Assembly: GCA_002367105.1 (NCBI GenBank)
Contig: DFCS01000044.1
Location: forward strand, 124,253-188,252
Reading direction: 5' to 3'
Origin: Hungatella sp. UBA3048
GTDB taxonomy: Bacteria > Bacillota > Clostridia > Lachnospirales > Lachnospiraceae
Length of the DNA stretch: 64,000 nucleotides
Under the pieces are notes generated by a model. That model was given only the letters and a program-made list of their open reading frames with translations, did not search any database and was not told where the DNA came from. Below, piece by piece: positions 8,445 through 16,501 of the stretch; within the stretch, counting starts at the first letter, position 1, and each line of letters opens with the position of its first letter. The position numbers and the translations under genes were made by a program.

Positions 8445-9158
8445 ATGAGTTTGATTTCTTTACAAGACGATTTAAAGAGTAATTCCTACCCGGGAAGAGG
8501 TATTATCATGGGAAAAACGCCGGATGGAACAAAGGCGGTTGCCGCTTATTTTATTATGGGAAGAAGCGATAACAGCCGCAACCGCGTATTCGTAGAGGAA
8601 GGGGAAGGGATCCGTACCCAGGCCTATGATCCCTCAAAGGTCACAGACCCCAGTCTTATTATTTATGCTCCGGTGAGGGTTATGGGGAATAAGACCATCG
8701 TGACAAACGGAGATCAGACCGATACCATTTATGAGGGAATGGATATACAACTGACGTTTGAACAGTCCTTACGGTGCCGGGAATTTGAACCGGATAGTCC
8801 TAATTATACCCCCCGTATTTCTGGGATCATGCATATAGAAGGCGGGCGCTTCAATTACGCCATGTCCATCATAAAGAGCAATCATGGGAATCCGGACTCC
8901 TGCAACCGTTATACCTTTGCTTATGATAATCCTGAGGCAGGTGAAGCCCATTTCATTCATACCTATATGCATGATGGAAGTCCTTTGCCAAGCTTTGAAG
9001 GGGAGCCAAAGCTTTCAGCGACCCTTGACGACTTGGATGAATTTACTGCCTTGATATGGGAAAACCTCCATGAAGAGAATAAAATTTCTCTCTTTGTAAG
9101 ATATATTGACATAGAATCCGGAGCTTATGAAACACGGATTGTAAATAAAAATCAATGA
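8445..9158 (+). CDS. purO: IMP cyclohydrolase, archaeal PurO-like
   Basis: ATG 8445 follows GAAAGGAG. The N-terminus ...NSYPGRGIIMGKTPDGTKAVAAYFIMGRSDNSRNRVF is typical of the PurO family. The gene is coupled to the downstream AICAR formyltransferase. Confidence 0.7.
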   Translation: MSLISLQDDLKSNSYPGRGIIMGKTPDGTKAVAAYFIMGRSDNSRNRVFVEEGEGIRTQAYDPSKVTDPSLIIYAPVRVMGNKTIVTNGDQTDTIYEGMDIQLTFEQSLRCREFEPDSPNYTPRISGIMHIEGGRFNYAMSIIKSNHGNPDSCNRYTFAYDNPEAGEAHFIHTYMHDGSPLPSFEGEPKLSATLDDLDEFTALIWENLHEENKISLFVRYIDIESGAYETRIVNKNQ

Positions 9159-9172
9159 CAGGAGTACAAAAG

Positions 9173-10351
9173 ATGAATGAGCTGGAATTAAAATATGGAT
9201 GTAACCCGAATCAGAAGCCCTCAAGGATTTTTATGCCAGGTGGGAATGAACTCCCCATTAAGGTCTTAAGCGGCCGGCCGGGATATATCAATTTCCTGGA
9301 TGCGTTTCATGGCTGGCAGCTGGTAAGAGAATTAAAGGAAGCGACCGGCCTTCCTGCGGCGGCTTCTTTTAAACATGTTTCTCCGGCAGGTGCCGCAGTG
9401 GGACTGCCTCTTGACCGGATACTTGCAAAGATATACAGGGTGGAGGATATGGAAGGGCTTTCTCCCATGGCCTGTGCCTATGCAAGGGCAAGAGGTGCTG
9501 ACCGTATGTCTTCCTTCGGTGACTTCATTTCCCTGTCAGATACCTGTGATACGGATACCGCCAGAATTATCAAAAGGGAAGTATCGGACGGCGTCATTGC
9601 CCCGGGGTATGAACCGGAAGCCCTGGATATCTTAAGGTCAAAGAAAAACGGCAATTACAACATCATTCAAATTGACCCGGATTACCAGCCAGAGCCGCTT
9701 GAGAGAAAACAGGTTTTTGGGATTATGTTTGAGCAGGGAAGAAATGAAGAGAAGATTCAGGGAGACCTTTTAAAGAATGTGGTGACAAAGAACCAGGATA
9801 TTCCCGGGTCAGCTAAAATTGACCTAATCATTTCTCTTATTACTTTAAAATATACCCAGTCCAATTCTGTCTGTTTTGCAAAGGGCGGACAAGCGATTGG
9901 GATCGGGGCTGGTCAGCAGTCCCGCATCCACTGCACAAGACTGGCAGGAAATAAGGCGGATAACTGGTTTCTTCGCCAGGCGCCTCAGGTCCTGGAGCTG
10001 CCGTTCTTGGAGGGGATCAGCCGGGCGGACCTGGACAATGCCGTTGATGTCTACATTGGAGAAGATTATATGGATGTCATTGCTGACGGCAGATGGGAAA
10101 ATATTTTCAGGGTAAAGCCAGCCGTCTTTACATGTGAAGAAAAGAAGGCCTGGCTTAGCCATCTGACTGAGGTTTCCCTGGGATCTGATGCATTCTTCCC
10201 ATTTGGCGATAACATTGACCGCGCATACAGAAGCGGTGTAAAGTACGTGGCCCAGCCTGGGGGATCGGTCCGTGATGACCAGGTAATTGAAACCTGTGAC
10301 CAATATGGGATGGCCATGGCTTTTACAGGGCTTCGTCTGTTCCATCATTAA
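9173..10351 (+). CDS. purH: AICAR formyltransferase (PurH formyltransferase domain only, no MGS/IMPCH domain)
   Basis: MNELELKYGCNPNQ...SFKHVSPAGAA...QPGGSVRDD... are characteristic AICARFT blocks. The start is taken at ATG 9173. Confidence 0.85.
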   Translation: MNELELKYGCNPNQKPSRIFMPGGNELPIKVLSGRPGYINFLDAFHGWQLVRELKEATGLPAAASFKHVSPAGAAVGLPLDRILAKIYRVEDMEGLSPMACAYARARGADRMSSFGDFISLSDTCDTDTARIIKREVSDGVIAPGYEPEALDILRSKKNGNYNIIQIDPDYQPEPLERKQVFGIMFEQGRNEEKIQGDLLKNVVTKNQDIPGSAKIDLIISLITLKYTQSNSVCFAKGGQAIGIGAGQQSRIHCTRLAGNKADNWFLRQAPQVLELPFLEGISRADLDNAVDVYIGEDYMDVIADGRWENIFRVKPAVFTCEEKKAWLSHLTEVSLGSDAFFPFGDNIDRAYRSGVKYVAQPGGSVRDDQVIETCDQYGMAMAFTGLRLFHH

Positions 10352-10451
10352 ATGGGAAAGGAAAATAAGTACCAGCCTATATTTTTTGTAAAAGCACTAT
10401 AAAGAGAAGGCCGGCATAAAATGAGAGTAAGTAAGTTTAAGGTGGCTTTCT

Positions 10452-10733
10452 TTGAAAACTTTTCCCAAACCTTTAACTGCGCGAGAAGAACGAGAGTGTC
10501 TGGAACGATACCAGGAAGGGGATCAGGAGGCGAGAGCCACACTCATCGAGCGAAATATGCGTCTGGTGGCACATGTGGCAAAAAAATATCAGAATACAGA
10601 TTATGATATGGAAGATCTTCTTTCCGTAGGTACCATAGGACTAATAAAAGCCGTCAATACCTTTCACCCGGACAGAGGCTCCAGACTAGCCACTTATGCG
10701 GCCAAGTGTGTGGAGAATGGTATCCTATCATAA
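10452..10733 (+). CDS. sigK: sigK 5' segment (sporulation sigma-K regions 1.2-2), interrupted after ...AKCVEN
   Basis: TTG 10452 lies 6 nt after AAGGTGG. FPKPLTAREERECLERY...IERNMRLVAHVAKKY...DLLSVGTIGLIKAVNTF...LATYAAKCVEN matches SigK and SigE-group sigma factors. After codon AAT (10716-10718) the frame runs into element DNA and stops at 10731-10733. Confidence 0.9.
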   Translation: MKTFPKPLTAREERECLERYQEGDQEARATLIERNMRLVAHVAKKYQNTDYDMEDLLSVGTIGLIKAVNTFHPDRGSRLATYAAKCVENGILS

Positions 10734-10756
10734 CGGCTCCAAACGGAGGAAAGCAA

Positions 10757-10801
10757 GAAACCGGTGTAAGCCTGCGGCAGCAGAGTGTACACCGGTTTCT
10801 G
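10757..10801 (-). terminator. Hairpin downstream of the small minus-strand ORF at the left end of the element
   Basis: A 13-bp stem AGAAACCGGTGTA / TACACCGGTTTCT closes a 19-nt loop. Confidence 0.45.
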
Positions 10802-10805
10802 ACGG

Positions 10806-10982
10806 TTATATGTTAAATTCTAAGATCATATCATACATTTCTTTTCCCGTGTTGCTTAAGTGGACAGAAGCCTTCTGCAATTCCGAAACAATTTCTTCAA
10901 TATTATTCCTGCATGTTTCAGGAATAATATTACCTTTCCGCCAATAATCCTCCGGTAAAGAATATTTAAATTTGTCCAACAT
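10806..10982 (-). CDS. Hypothetical small protein of 58 aa inside the element
   Basis: The internal ATG of track ORF 10806-11135 gives MLDKFKYSLPEDYWRKGNIIPETCRNNIEEIVSELQKASVHLSNTGKEMYDMILEFNI. It is divergent from the hydrogenase operon. There is no clear Shine-Dalgarno sequence, so support is weak. Confidence 0.3.
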   Translation of the reverse strand: MLDKFKYSLPEDYWRKGNIIPETCRNNIEEIVSELQKASVHLSNTGKEMYDMILEFNI

Positions 10983-11022
10983 ATATATTGATAAATAACA
11001 AATTTGAGAAGGGGGCAAGGGT

Positions 11023-11484
11023 ATGGTGAAGTTAATTGCTGTCGGCAATCGTTTTATGAAGGATGACGCCATAGCAATTAAAGCTGCCGAAATCTTGGAA
11101 GACCGGCTGATCCGCCAGGAGATCCATGTGATCATTGGTGAAACCGATTTTCAAAACTGCTTTTATTTACTGGATAAGGATGACTTTGTTTTCATCCTTG
11201 ATGCACTTTCTTCTGGAGCAGAGCCGGGAAGCGTTCATCTGACCAGACTTGAAGATGTGATGTCACAACCTTCCTTATTCTCCATGCAGCATGATTTGAG
11301 CATGGTGGAACTCATGAAGCTATATGGCAGTCAATTTAAGGGGTACCTGATGGGTATAGAAATCTGTGAAATCGGCTTTGGCCAGGAATTAAGCACTGTT
11401 TTAAGGGATAAATTGCCACAGATCTGCAGGGTAATTGAATGCGCAATTAATAAAATCATATCGGAGGAAATCACGAATGCATGA
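11023..11484 (+). CDS. Hydrogenase maturation endopeptidase (HyaD/HybD family)
   Basis: The product MVKLIAVGNRFMKDDAIAIKAAE...FILDAL...HDLS... shows the GNxxxxDD and (D)A...H pattern of the Ni-dependent C-terminal protease. The RBS is GGGGGCAAGGG. Confidence 0.8.
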   Translation: MVKLIAVGNRFMKDDAIAIKAAEILEDRLIRQEIHVIIGETDFQNCFYLLDKDDFVFILDALSSGAEPGSVHLTRLEDVMSQPSLFSMQHDLSMVELMKLYGSQFKGYLMGIEICEIGFGQELSTVLRDKLPQICRVIECAINKIISEEITNA

Positions 11485-11734
11485 TACGTTCCTAAATCAA
11501 AATATATATGAAGCGATAGTTGAAATATGCGGGGAGAATTTTATTGATAAGATTTTTTACTTGACCATCACGGTACATACAAACAGCCATATAAGTGAAG
11601 ACAGCCTCCGTGACTATTTTACAGAAAGAAATAATACGCTTATTGGAGACTGGACAAACATACAGGTTCTTAAACGGGAAATAGAGCCGCTTACTGCGGT
11701 TATAGACGAAATTGAAGGTGAGATATCACAATGA
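11477..11734 (+). CDS. Small HypA-like protein without a zinc-finger (tentative)
   Basis: ATG 11477 follows GGAGGAAAT. The 85-aa product starts with MHD, comparable to the MHE Ni-binding N-terminus of HypA. It has no CxxC...CxxC motif. Confidence 0.35.
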   Translation: MHDTFLNQNIYEAIVEICGENFIDKIFYLTITVHTNSHISEDSLRDYFTERNNTLIGDWTNIQVLKREIEPLTAVIDEIEGEISQ

Positions 11735-11799
11735 GAAAGGCCTGACTGCTGTCCGGCAAATGTATCAATCATTCAGTATTTTTTATGGGAGGTTTTTTC

Positions 11800-12270
11800 A
11801 TGGAATTAAATATGTTTTTGAATTACATCGGGAACTGCGTCAAGCACATAAATGAGGATATAGAGAGACTTCATTCCAACCAGTACAACAATAACGTTGT
11901 GTTGGATCATTTGAGCAGCGAAGTGATCATGCTGGAAAGTCATATCAAATATTTTAGTCAGTCAAATCAAGTGGATATGGAAGAAACACAATATCCGTAT
12001 CAGGCCATCCATGCAAATCAAACCGAGGAGGAAGTTCCAAGATACTTTACCCTGGAAGAGTTATCCAGATATGATGGAAAGAACGGAGCCCCTGCTTATG
12101 TAGCGGTAAACGGAGTGGTGTATGACGTGACAAATAATTCCGTCTGGAAGGGAGACAGCCATTTTGGTCTTAATCCTGGAAAAGATTTATCAGTTAATTT
12201 TGCAACATGCCATCCGGGAGCAATGGTCCTGACCAGATTACCGATCATCGGCTATTTGGCTACAGAGTAA
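11800..12270 (+). CDS. Cytochrome b5-like heme/steroid-binding domain protein
   Basis: ATG 11800 follows GGGAGG. The C-terminal block YFTLEELSRYDGKNGAPAYVAVNGVVYDVTNNSVWKGDSHFGLNPGKD is a typical cyt-b5/MAPR-like domain. Confidence 0.65.
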   Translation: MELNMFLNYIGNCVKHINEDIERLHSNQYNNNVVLDHLSSEVIMLESHIKYFSQSNQVDMEETQYPYQAIHANQTEEEVPRYFTLEELSRYDGKNGAPAYVAVNGVVYDVTNNSVWKGDSHFGLNPGKDLSVNFATCHPGAMVLTRLPIIGYLATE

Positions 12271-12272
12271 AG

Positions 12273-13181
12273 TTGGTGAAATATTTGGATTGCGGAAGCT
12301 TTGAATGTCCTTATCAGGAAAGCAGGCTAAAAACAACGGAAAGCCTTGTGAACAGGGTAAGGGATGAAATCGCTGGAGAGACGCGGCAAAAGCGGAATCT
12401 TGTCTGGCTTGAATTAAATGGCTGCACTGGTAATACCATTTCCCTTTTAGACGGACAAAATCCGGATTTTAAGTATCTGCTCACTCAAATGTCCAATATT
12501 ATATACAGCAACAGCCTGATGAATTCTTATGGAAACAAGGCTATGGATCAGCTGTTTGACGTCATAGGCAGTGATTATATCCTAGCTGTGGAAGGTGCAG
12601 TATCTTTAAAGGATAACGGTTCTTATAACGTCATCGGCCGGCACAACGGCAGGGAAATTACCGGGTATGAGGCGGTTAAAAGACTGGGAGAACAGGCTGC
12701 CCATGTGATTGCCGTGGGAGCCTGCGCTTCGCACGGAGGCGTGTCGGCGGCAAGGCCTAATCCATCCCAGTGTGTGGGAGTACAGGAGGTTTTGCAGAGA
12801 AAAGTGATTAAATTAACAGGCTGTCCATGTCATCCGGACTGGTTTATGGGCACTCTGGCCTATCTGCTATTATATGGGGAGCCCCCTCTTGATAGCAGGG
12901 ACCGTCCCTTGATGTTTTACAGCATTACCATTCACGACAGATGTCCAAGGAGATCTTATTTTGACAGCGGCATCTTTGCAACGAAGCTCGGACAGGAAAC
13001 CTGTATGTTCATGATGGGCTGTAAAGGCCCGATTACCCAGATCGACTGCCCCATTCGCCAATGGAACGGGCATGTCAACTGGCCTATAGGGGATGATTCG
13101 CCCTGCATCGGATGTGCTCAGTTTGGATTTCCTGATGCAATGGAGCCTTTTATCACCTATGACACCATGAGAGGGGAGTAA
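12273..13181 (+). CDS. [NiFe]-hydrogenase small subunit (no Tat signal visible)
   Basis: The motifs are LELNGCTGN, VGACASHGG, TGCPCHPDW, and the distal and medial cluster ligands IHDRCP...CMFMMGCKGP...CP...SPCIGC. The start is uncertain (TTG 12273 or GTG 12276, just after the upstream stop). No RRxFxK motif is present. Confidence 0.85.
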   Translation: MVKYLDCGSFECPYQESRLKTTESLVNRVRDEIAGETRQKRNLVWLELNGCTGNTISLLDGQNPDFKYLLTQMSNIIYSNSLMNSYGNKAMDQLFDVIGSDYILAVEGAVSLKDNGSYNVIGRHNGREITGYEAVKRLGEQAAHVIAVGACASHGGVSAARPNPSQCVGVQEVLQRKVIKLTGCPCHPDWFMGTLAYLLLYGEPPLDSRDRPLMFYSITIHDRCPRRSYFDSGIFATKLGQETCMFMMGCKGPITQIDCPIRQWNGHVNWPIGDDSPCIGCAQFGFPDAMEPFITYDTMRGE

Positions 13182-13183
13182 AT

Positions 13184-14560
13184 ATGGCGGAGAGAATAAC
13201 CATCAATCCTGTTACCCGAATCAGCGGTTTCATGGAAATTGATGCCGATATCGAAGAACAGTCAGTGGTGGATGCAAAAATGAGAGGTCTGATGTTCCGT
13301 GGATTTGAAAAAATGCTTCAGGGCAGAAGTCCTTTTGATGCTGTATATTTTACACAGCGCATCTGCGGTATCTGTTCAACCGCACATTCCATGGCTTCAG
13401 CTCTTGCCCTGGAAGAAGCATTGAACATTGTCCCCTCTGAACAGGGAAGGTATTTAAGGGACCTTCTTCATGCCTGCGAATTCCTGCAAAATCATCTAAG
13501 GCATTTTTACCAGTTTACCTTACCGGATTTTGTAAAGCTTCCTGAGGATTATCCACTGTTTAAGACAGATCACAATGATTACAGGCTGCCAAAGGACATA
13601 AACGATAAAATGGTGAACGATTACTTTGAATCCCTTCAGTTCAGCAGGGATGCGCATCAGATGCTGGCCATTCTTGGAGGTAAAGCTCCTCATAATCACG
13701 GAATATTCATTGGAGGTATCACATCACCGATAACAGCAGATAAGATCATTACCATAAAATCTATCCTATATGATATAGGACAATTTATTATTGAAAAAAT
13801 GGTTCCGGACGTATACACAATCGGAACCTTTTATCCGGAGTATTATCATTACGGAGGAGGCTATGGCAACTTACTGTCCTATGGGAGCTTTAACCATTAT
13901 AAAAATTTGGGGACGCTCTATGTGGATCCTCTTGTTTATTCCAATGGTCAGACATCTCCCTTTGATCCTGCCTTTATAACCCAGGAAGACGAATACGCCT
14001 GGTTCAACGAAAATGATGAACCGGACAGGAATAAACCCCAGGCATATTCCTGGATAAAAGCGCCGAGATACCATAATATCCCTTATGAGGTAGGGCCGTT
14101 GGCAAGACAGTGGCTCTCAGGGGAGTACAGAAATGGGATCTCTGCCATGGACCGGACCATTGCAAGAGTGCTGGAAACTAAGAAAATTGTGGAAATTATG
14201 CAAACCCTTATAGATAATCTGATCCCGGGAGTATCCATGCAGAGGGAATATGAGATTCCTGTGCAGGCATCGGGAAAAGGACTGGTGGATACGACACGGG
14301 GAGCGTTGGGCCATTGGCTGTATATTGACAACAGTAAGATAGCCTTTTACCAGATCATAACCCCGTCTGCATGGAATCTGTCAACACAGACAAATGGAAT
14401 GAAGGGAACCGGAGAACAGGCACTGATGGGGACACCCGTAAAAGTTGTAACAACGCCTGTGGAAATCGGAAGGATCATACGGTCTTTTGATCCCTGCGTG
14501 TCCTGTGCCACCCATGTCTTCTTAAGCGGGGAGTATATGAATACAATTCAGGTTGTGTGA
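13184..14560 (+). CDS. [NiFe]-hydrogenase large subunit
   Basis: The N-terminal Ni-Fe ligand motif is RICGICSTAHS and the C-terminal motif is DPCVSCATH. A 14-aa extension (VFLSGEYMNTIQVV) follows, consistent with endopeptidase processing. Confidence 0.9.
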   Translation: MAERITINPVTRISGFMEIDADIEEQSVVDAKMRGLMFRGFEKMLQGRSPFDAVYFTQRICGICSTAHSMASALALEEALNIVPSEQGRYLRDLLHACEFLQNHLRHFYQFTLPDFVKLPEDYPLFKTDHNDYRLPKDINDKMVNDYFESLQFSRDAHQMLAILGGKAPHNHGIFIGGITSPITADKIITIKSILYDIGQFIIEKMVPDVYTIGTFYPEYYHYGGGYGNLLSYGSFNHYKNLGTLYVDPLVYSNGQTSPFDPAFITQEDEYAWFNENDEPDRNKPQAYSWIKAPRYHNIPYEVGPLARQWLSGEYRNGISAMDRTIARVLETKKIVEIMQTLIDNLIPGVSMQREYEIPVQASGKGLVDTTRGALGHWLYIDNSKIAFYQIITPSAWNLSTQTNGMKGTGEQALMGTPVKVVTTPVEIGRIIRSFDPCVSCATHVFLSGEYMNTIQVV

Positions 14561-14709
14561 AGCTCTTCCACAAGAGCCTGTTTTTGGTCATTCGGGCAGG
14601 AAAGCTGCTGGATATATTGAAGGACAGCCTGACTATGCAGGAGTGCAGCTTTTTTTCTCAATTCTTTTCTGTCTTCTTCTGTTTTGGGCTGATATACTAT
14701 CATATTCAT
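14548..14709 (-). CDS. Hypothetical small protein of 53 aa next to the recombinase
   Basis: The product is MNMIVYQPKTEEDRKELRKKAALLHSQAVLQYIQQLSCPNDQKQALVEELHTT. A TATAAT box lies upstream on the minus strand. The gene is divergent from the recombinase and convergent with the hydrogenase large subunit. Confidence 0.35.
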   Translation of the reverse strand: MNMIVYQPKTEEDRKELRKKAALLHSQAVLQYIQQLSCPNDQKQALVEELHTT

Positions 14710-14815
14710 AACAAGGACCTGATATAGACTGTTATTATAATGTATGATGCCTCCCATGTCCTGTATGTTTGGATTAAGGGGCGGGCGCTATGCTTTAGTA
14801 AGGAGGAAGGTTTAG

Positions 14816-16501
14816 GTGGAAGCCGGGATAGAGCGGTTTGCGATTTATTCAAGAAAATCAAAATTTACCGGAAAAGGAGAGAGCATCGGAAATCAGATCG
14901 AGCTGTGCAGGCAATACATTTTTGCACATTATGGAGCGTGTTTCGCTGACAGCGCCTGTGTATACGAGGATGAGGGGTTTTCCGGAGGAAACCTTGAACG
15001 GCCTCAGTTTAAAGTCATGATGCAGGAAGCAAAAAAGAAGAAATTTACGGCAGTCGTATGCTACCGTCTTGACCGGATAAGCCGTAACATCGGTGATTTT
15101 GCAAATCTGATTGAAGAGCTTAATGAGCTCCATATTTCCTTTATCTCTATAAAAGAGCAATTTGACACATCCTCTCCCATGGGGCGGGCCATGATGTACA
15201 TAGCTTCTGTTTTCTCTCAGTTGGAGAGAGAGACAATCGCGGAACGCATCCGGGATAACATGCTGGAGCTCTCCAAAAGCGGAAGATGGCTGGGAGGAAA
15301 TACTCCTACGGGTTATACGTCAGAGAGTGTGTCCTCCGTGACCATAGACGGTAAGGTGAAAAAAGCATTTAAGCTTAAGATGATTCCGGATGAGGCAAAT
15401 CTGGTCAAGTTGATTTATGAGAAATTTTTAGAGACAGGATCACTGACTCAAACAGAAACCTATTTGCTCCAGAATGGCCATAGGACAAAATATGGCCGTT
15501 TATTCAGCCGTTTTGCGATAAAAGGAATATTGACCAATCCGGTTTACATGATAGCAGATCATGAAGCCTATGAGTATTTACGGAAAAAAAACGTGGATCT
15601 GTTTGCAGAAAGAGATGCCTTTGACGGAAACCATGGAGTGATAGCATATAACCGTACCCTTCAAAAGGCAGGAAAAACCCACGAGATGAAAGATATGGAA
15701 GAATGGATCGTGGCAGTTGGAAAGCATAAGGGAGTGATTTCCGGCTCCATGTGGGTCAAGGTTCAGCTGCAGCTGGATCAAAATAAATCAAAAAATTACC
15801 GGAAACCCCGCAGTAATGTAGCGTTGCTGTCCGGAATCCTCTTTTGCGGCGGCTGCGGCGGTTATATGCGGCCAAAGCTGTCCGGCCGGTACAATGACGA
15901 AGGGGAACAGATCTATTCTTATTTATGTACCATGAAGGAAAAAAGCCGTATGAAATGCTGCGGAATGAAGAATGTTAATGGAAATATGCTGGATCAGATG
16001 GTCCTGGAGGAAATCAAAAAGATATCTGTGGATTGGGGTGAATTTCAAAAGCAGCTTTGCCGGAACAAAAGGGCAGTGGAAGAAAGCAAAGAGGAAGCGG
16101 AATGGGATATATCCCGTTTAAAAGATGAACGGAAGAATATGGAAGAAGAAATAACCGGACTGGTGGCCTCCCTTGGAAAAGCCGGTGGGACCGGGGCGGA
16201 AGGATATATCATACAGCAGATCGAAGGGCTCCATAAAAGAAAAGGAGAAATGGAGCAGCGGTTATGGGAGCTTACCCTTGATGAAGGAAATAAGGAGCTT
16301 TCCGATACGGAATTACAGTTTATTAAGCAGACCCTGTCTTCCTTTCAACATGTGATCGGCCTCATGGATGTCCGGCAAAGACGGGCGGCGGTCCGCACTT
16401 TTGTGGATAAGGTCATATGGGATGGTGAGAATGTTCATCTGTACCTGTTAGGCTCGAAGGTGCCTGAGTTACCAGAGCCGCAAGGTGACCATAGCAAATG
16501 A
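14816..16501 (+). CDS. spoIVCA: Large serine recombinase (SpoIVCA-like)
   Basis: GTG 14816 follows AGGAGGAAGG. The N-terminal resolvase domain carries the catalytic motif AIYSRKS. The recombinase domain, a Cys cluster (CGGCGG...C...CC) and a coiled-coil follow. The stop TGA (16499-16501) spans the right junction. Confidence 0.9.
   Translation: MEAGIERFAIYSRKSKFTGKGESIGNQIELCRQYIFAHYGACFADSACVYEDEGFSGGNLERPQFKVMMQEAKKKKFTAVVCYRLDRISRNIGDFANLIEELNELHISFISIKEQFDTSSPMGRAMMYIASVFSQLERETIAERIRDNMLELSKSGRWLGGNTPTGYTSESVSSVTIDGKVKKAFKLKMIPDEANLVKLIYEKFLETGSLTQTETYLLQNGHRTKYGRLFSRFAIKGILTNPVYMIADHEAYEYLRKKNVDLFAERDAFDGNHGVIAYNRTLQKAGKTHEMKDMEEWIVAVGKHKGVISGSMWVKVQLQLDQNKSKNYRKPRSNVALLSGILFCGGCGGYMRPKLSGRYNDEGEQIYSYLCTMKEKSRMKCCGMKNVNGNMLDQMVLEEIKKISVDWGEFQKQLCRNKRAVEESKEEAEWDISRLKDERKNMEEEITGLVASLGKAGGTGAEGYIIQQIEGLHKRKGEMEQRLWELTLDEGNKELSDTELQFIKQTLSSFQHVIGLMDVRQRRAAVRTFVDKVIWDGENVHLYLLGSKVPELPEPQGDHSK

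Larger units (their letters stand above)
10720..16500. mobile_element. sigK intervening element resembling skin, 5781 bp
   Basis: The left junction is GTGGAGAATG|GTATCC and the right junction is ATAGCAAATG|AAATCC, so the shared core is AATG (10716-10719 and 16497-16500). Deleting 10720-16500 gives ...GCC AAG TGT GTG GAG AAT GAA ATC CTA ATG CTT..., which reads AKCVENEILMLLR in frame. A large serine recombinase lies at the right end. Confidence 0.85.
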
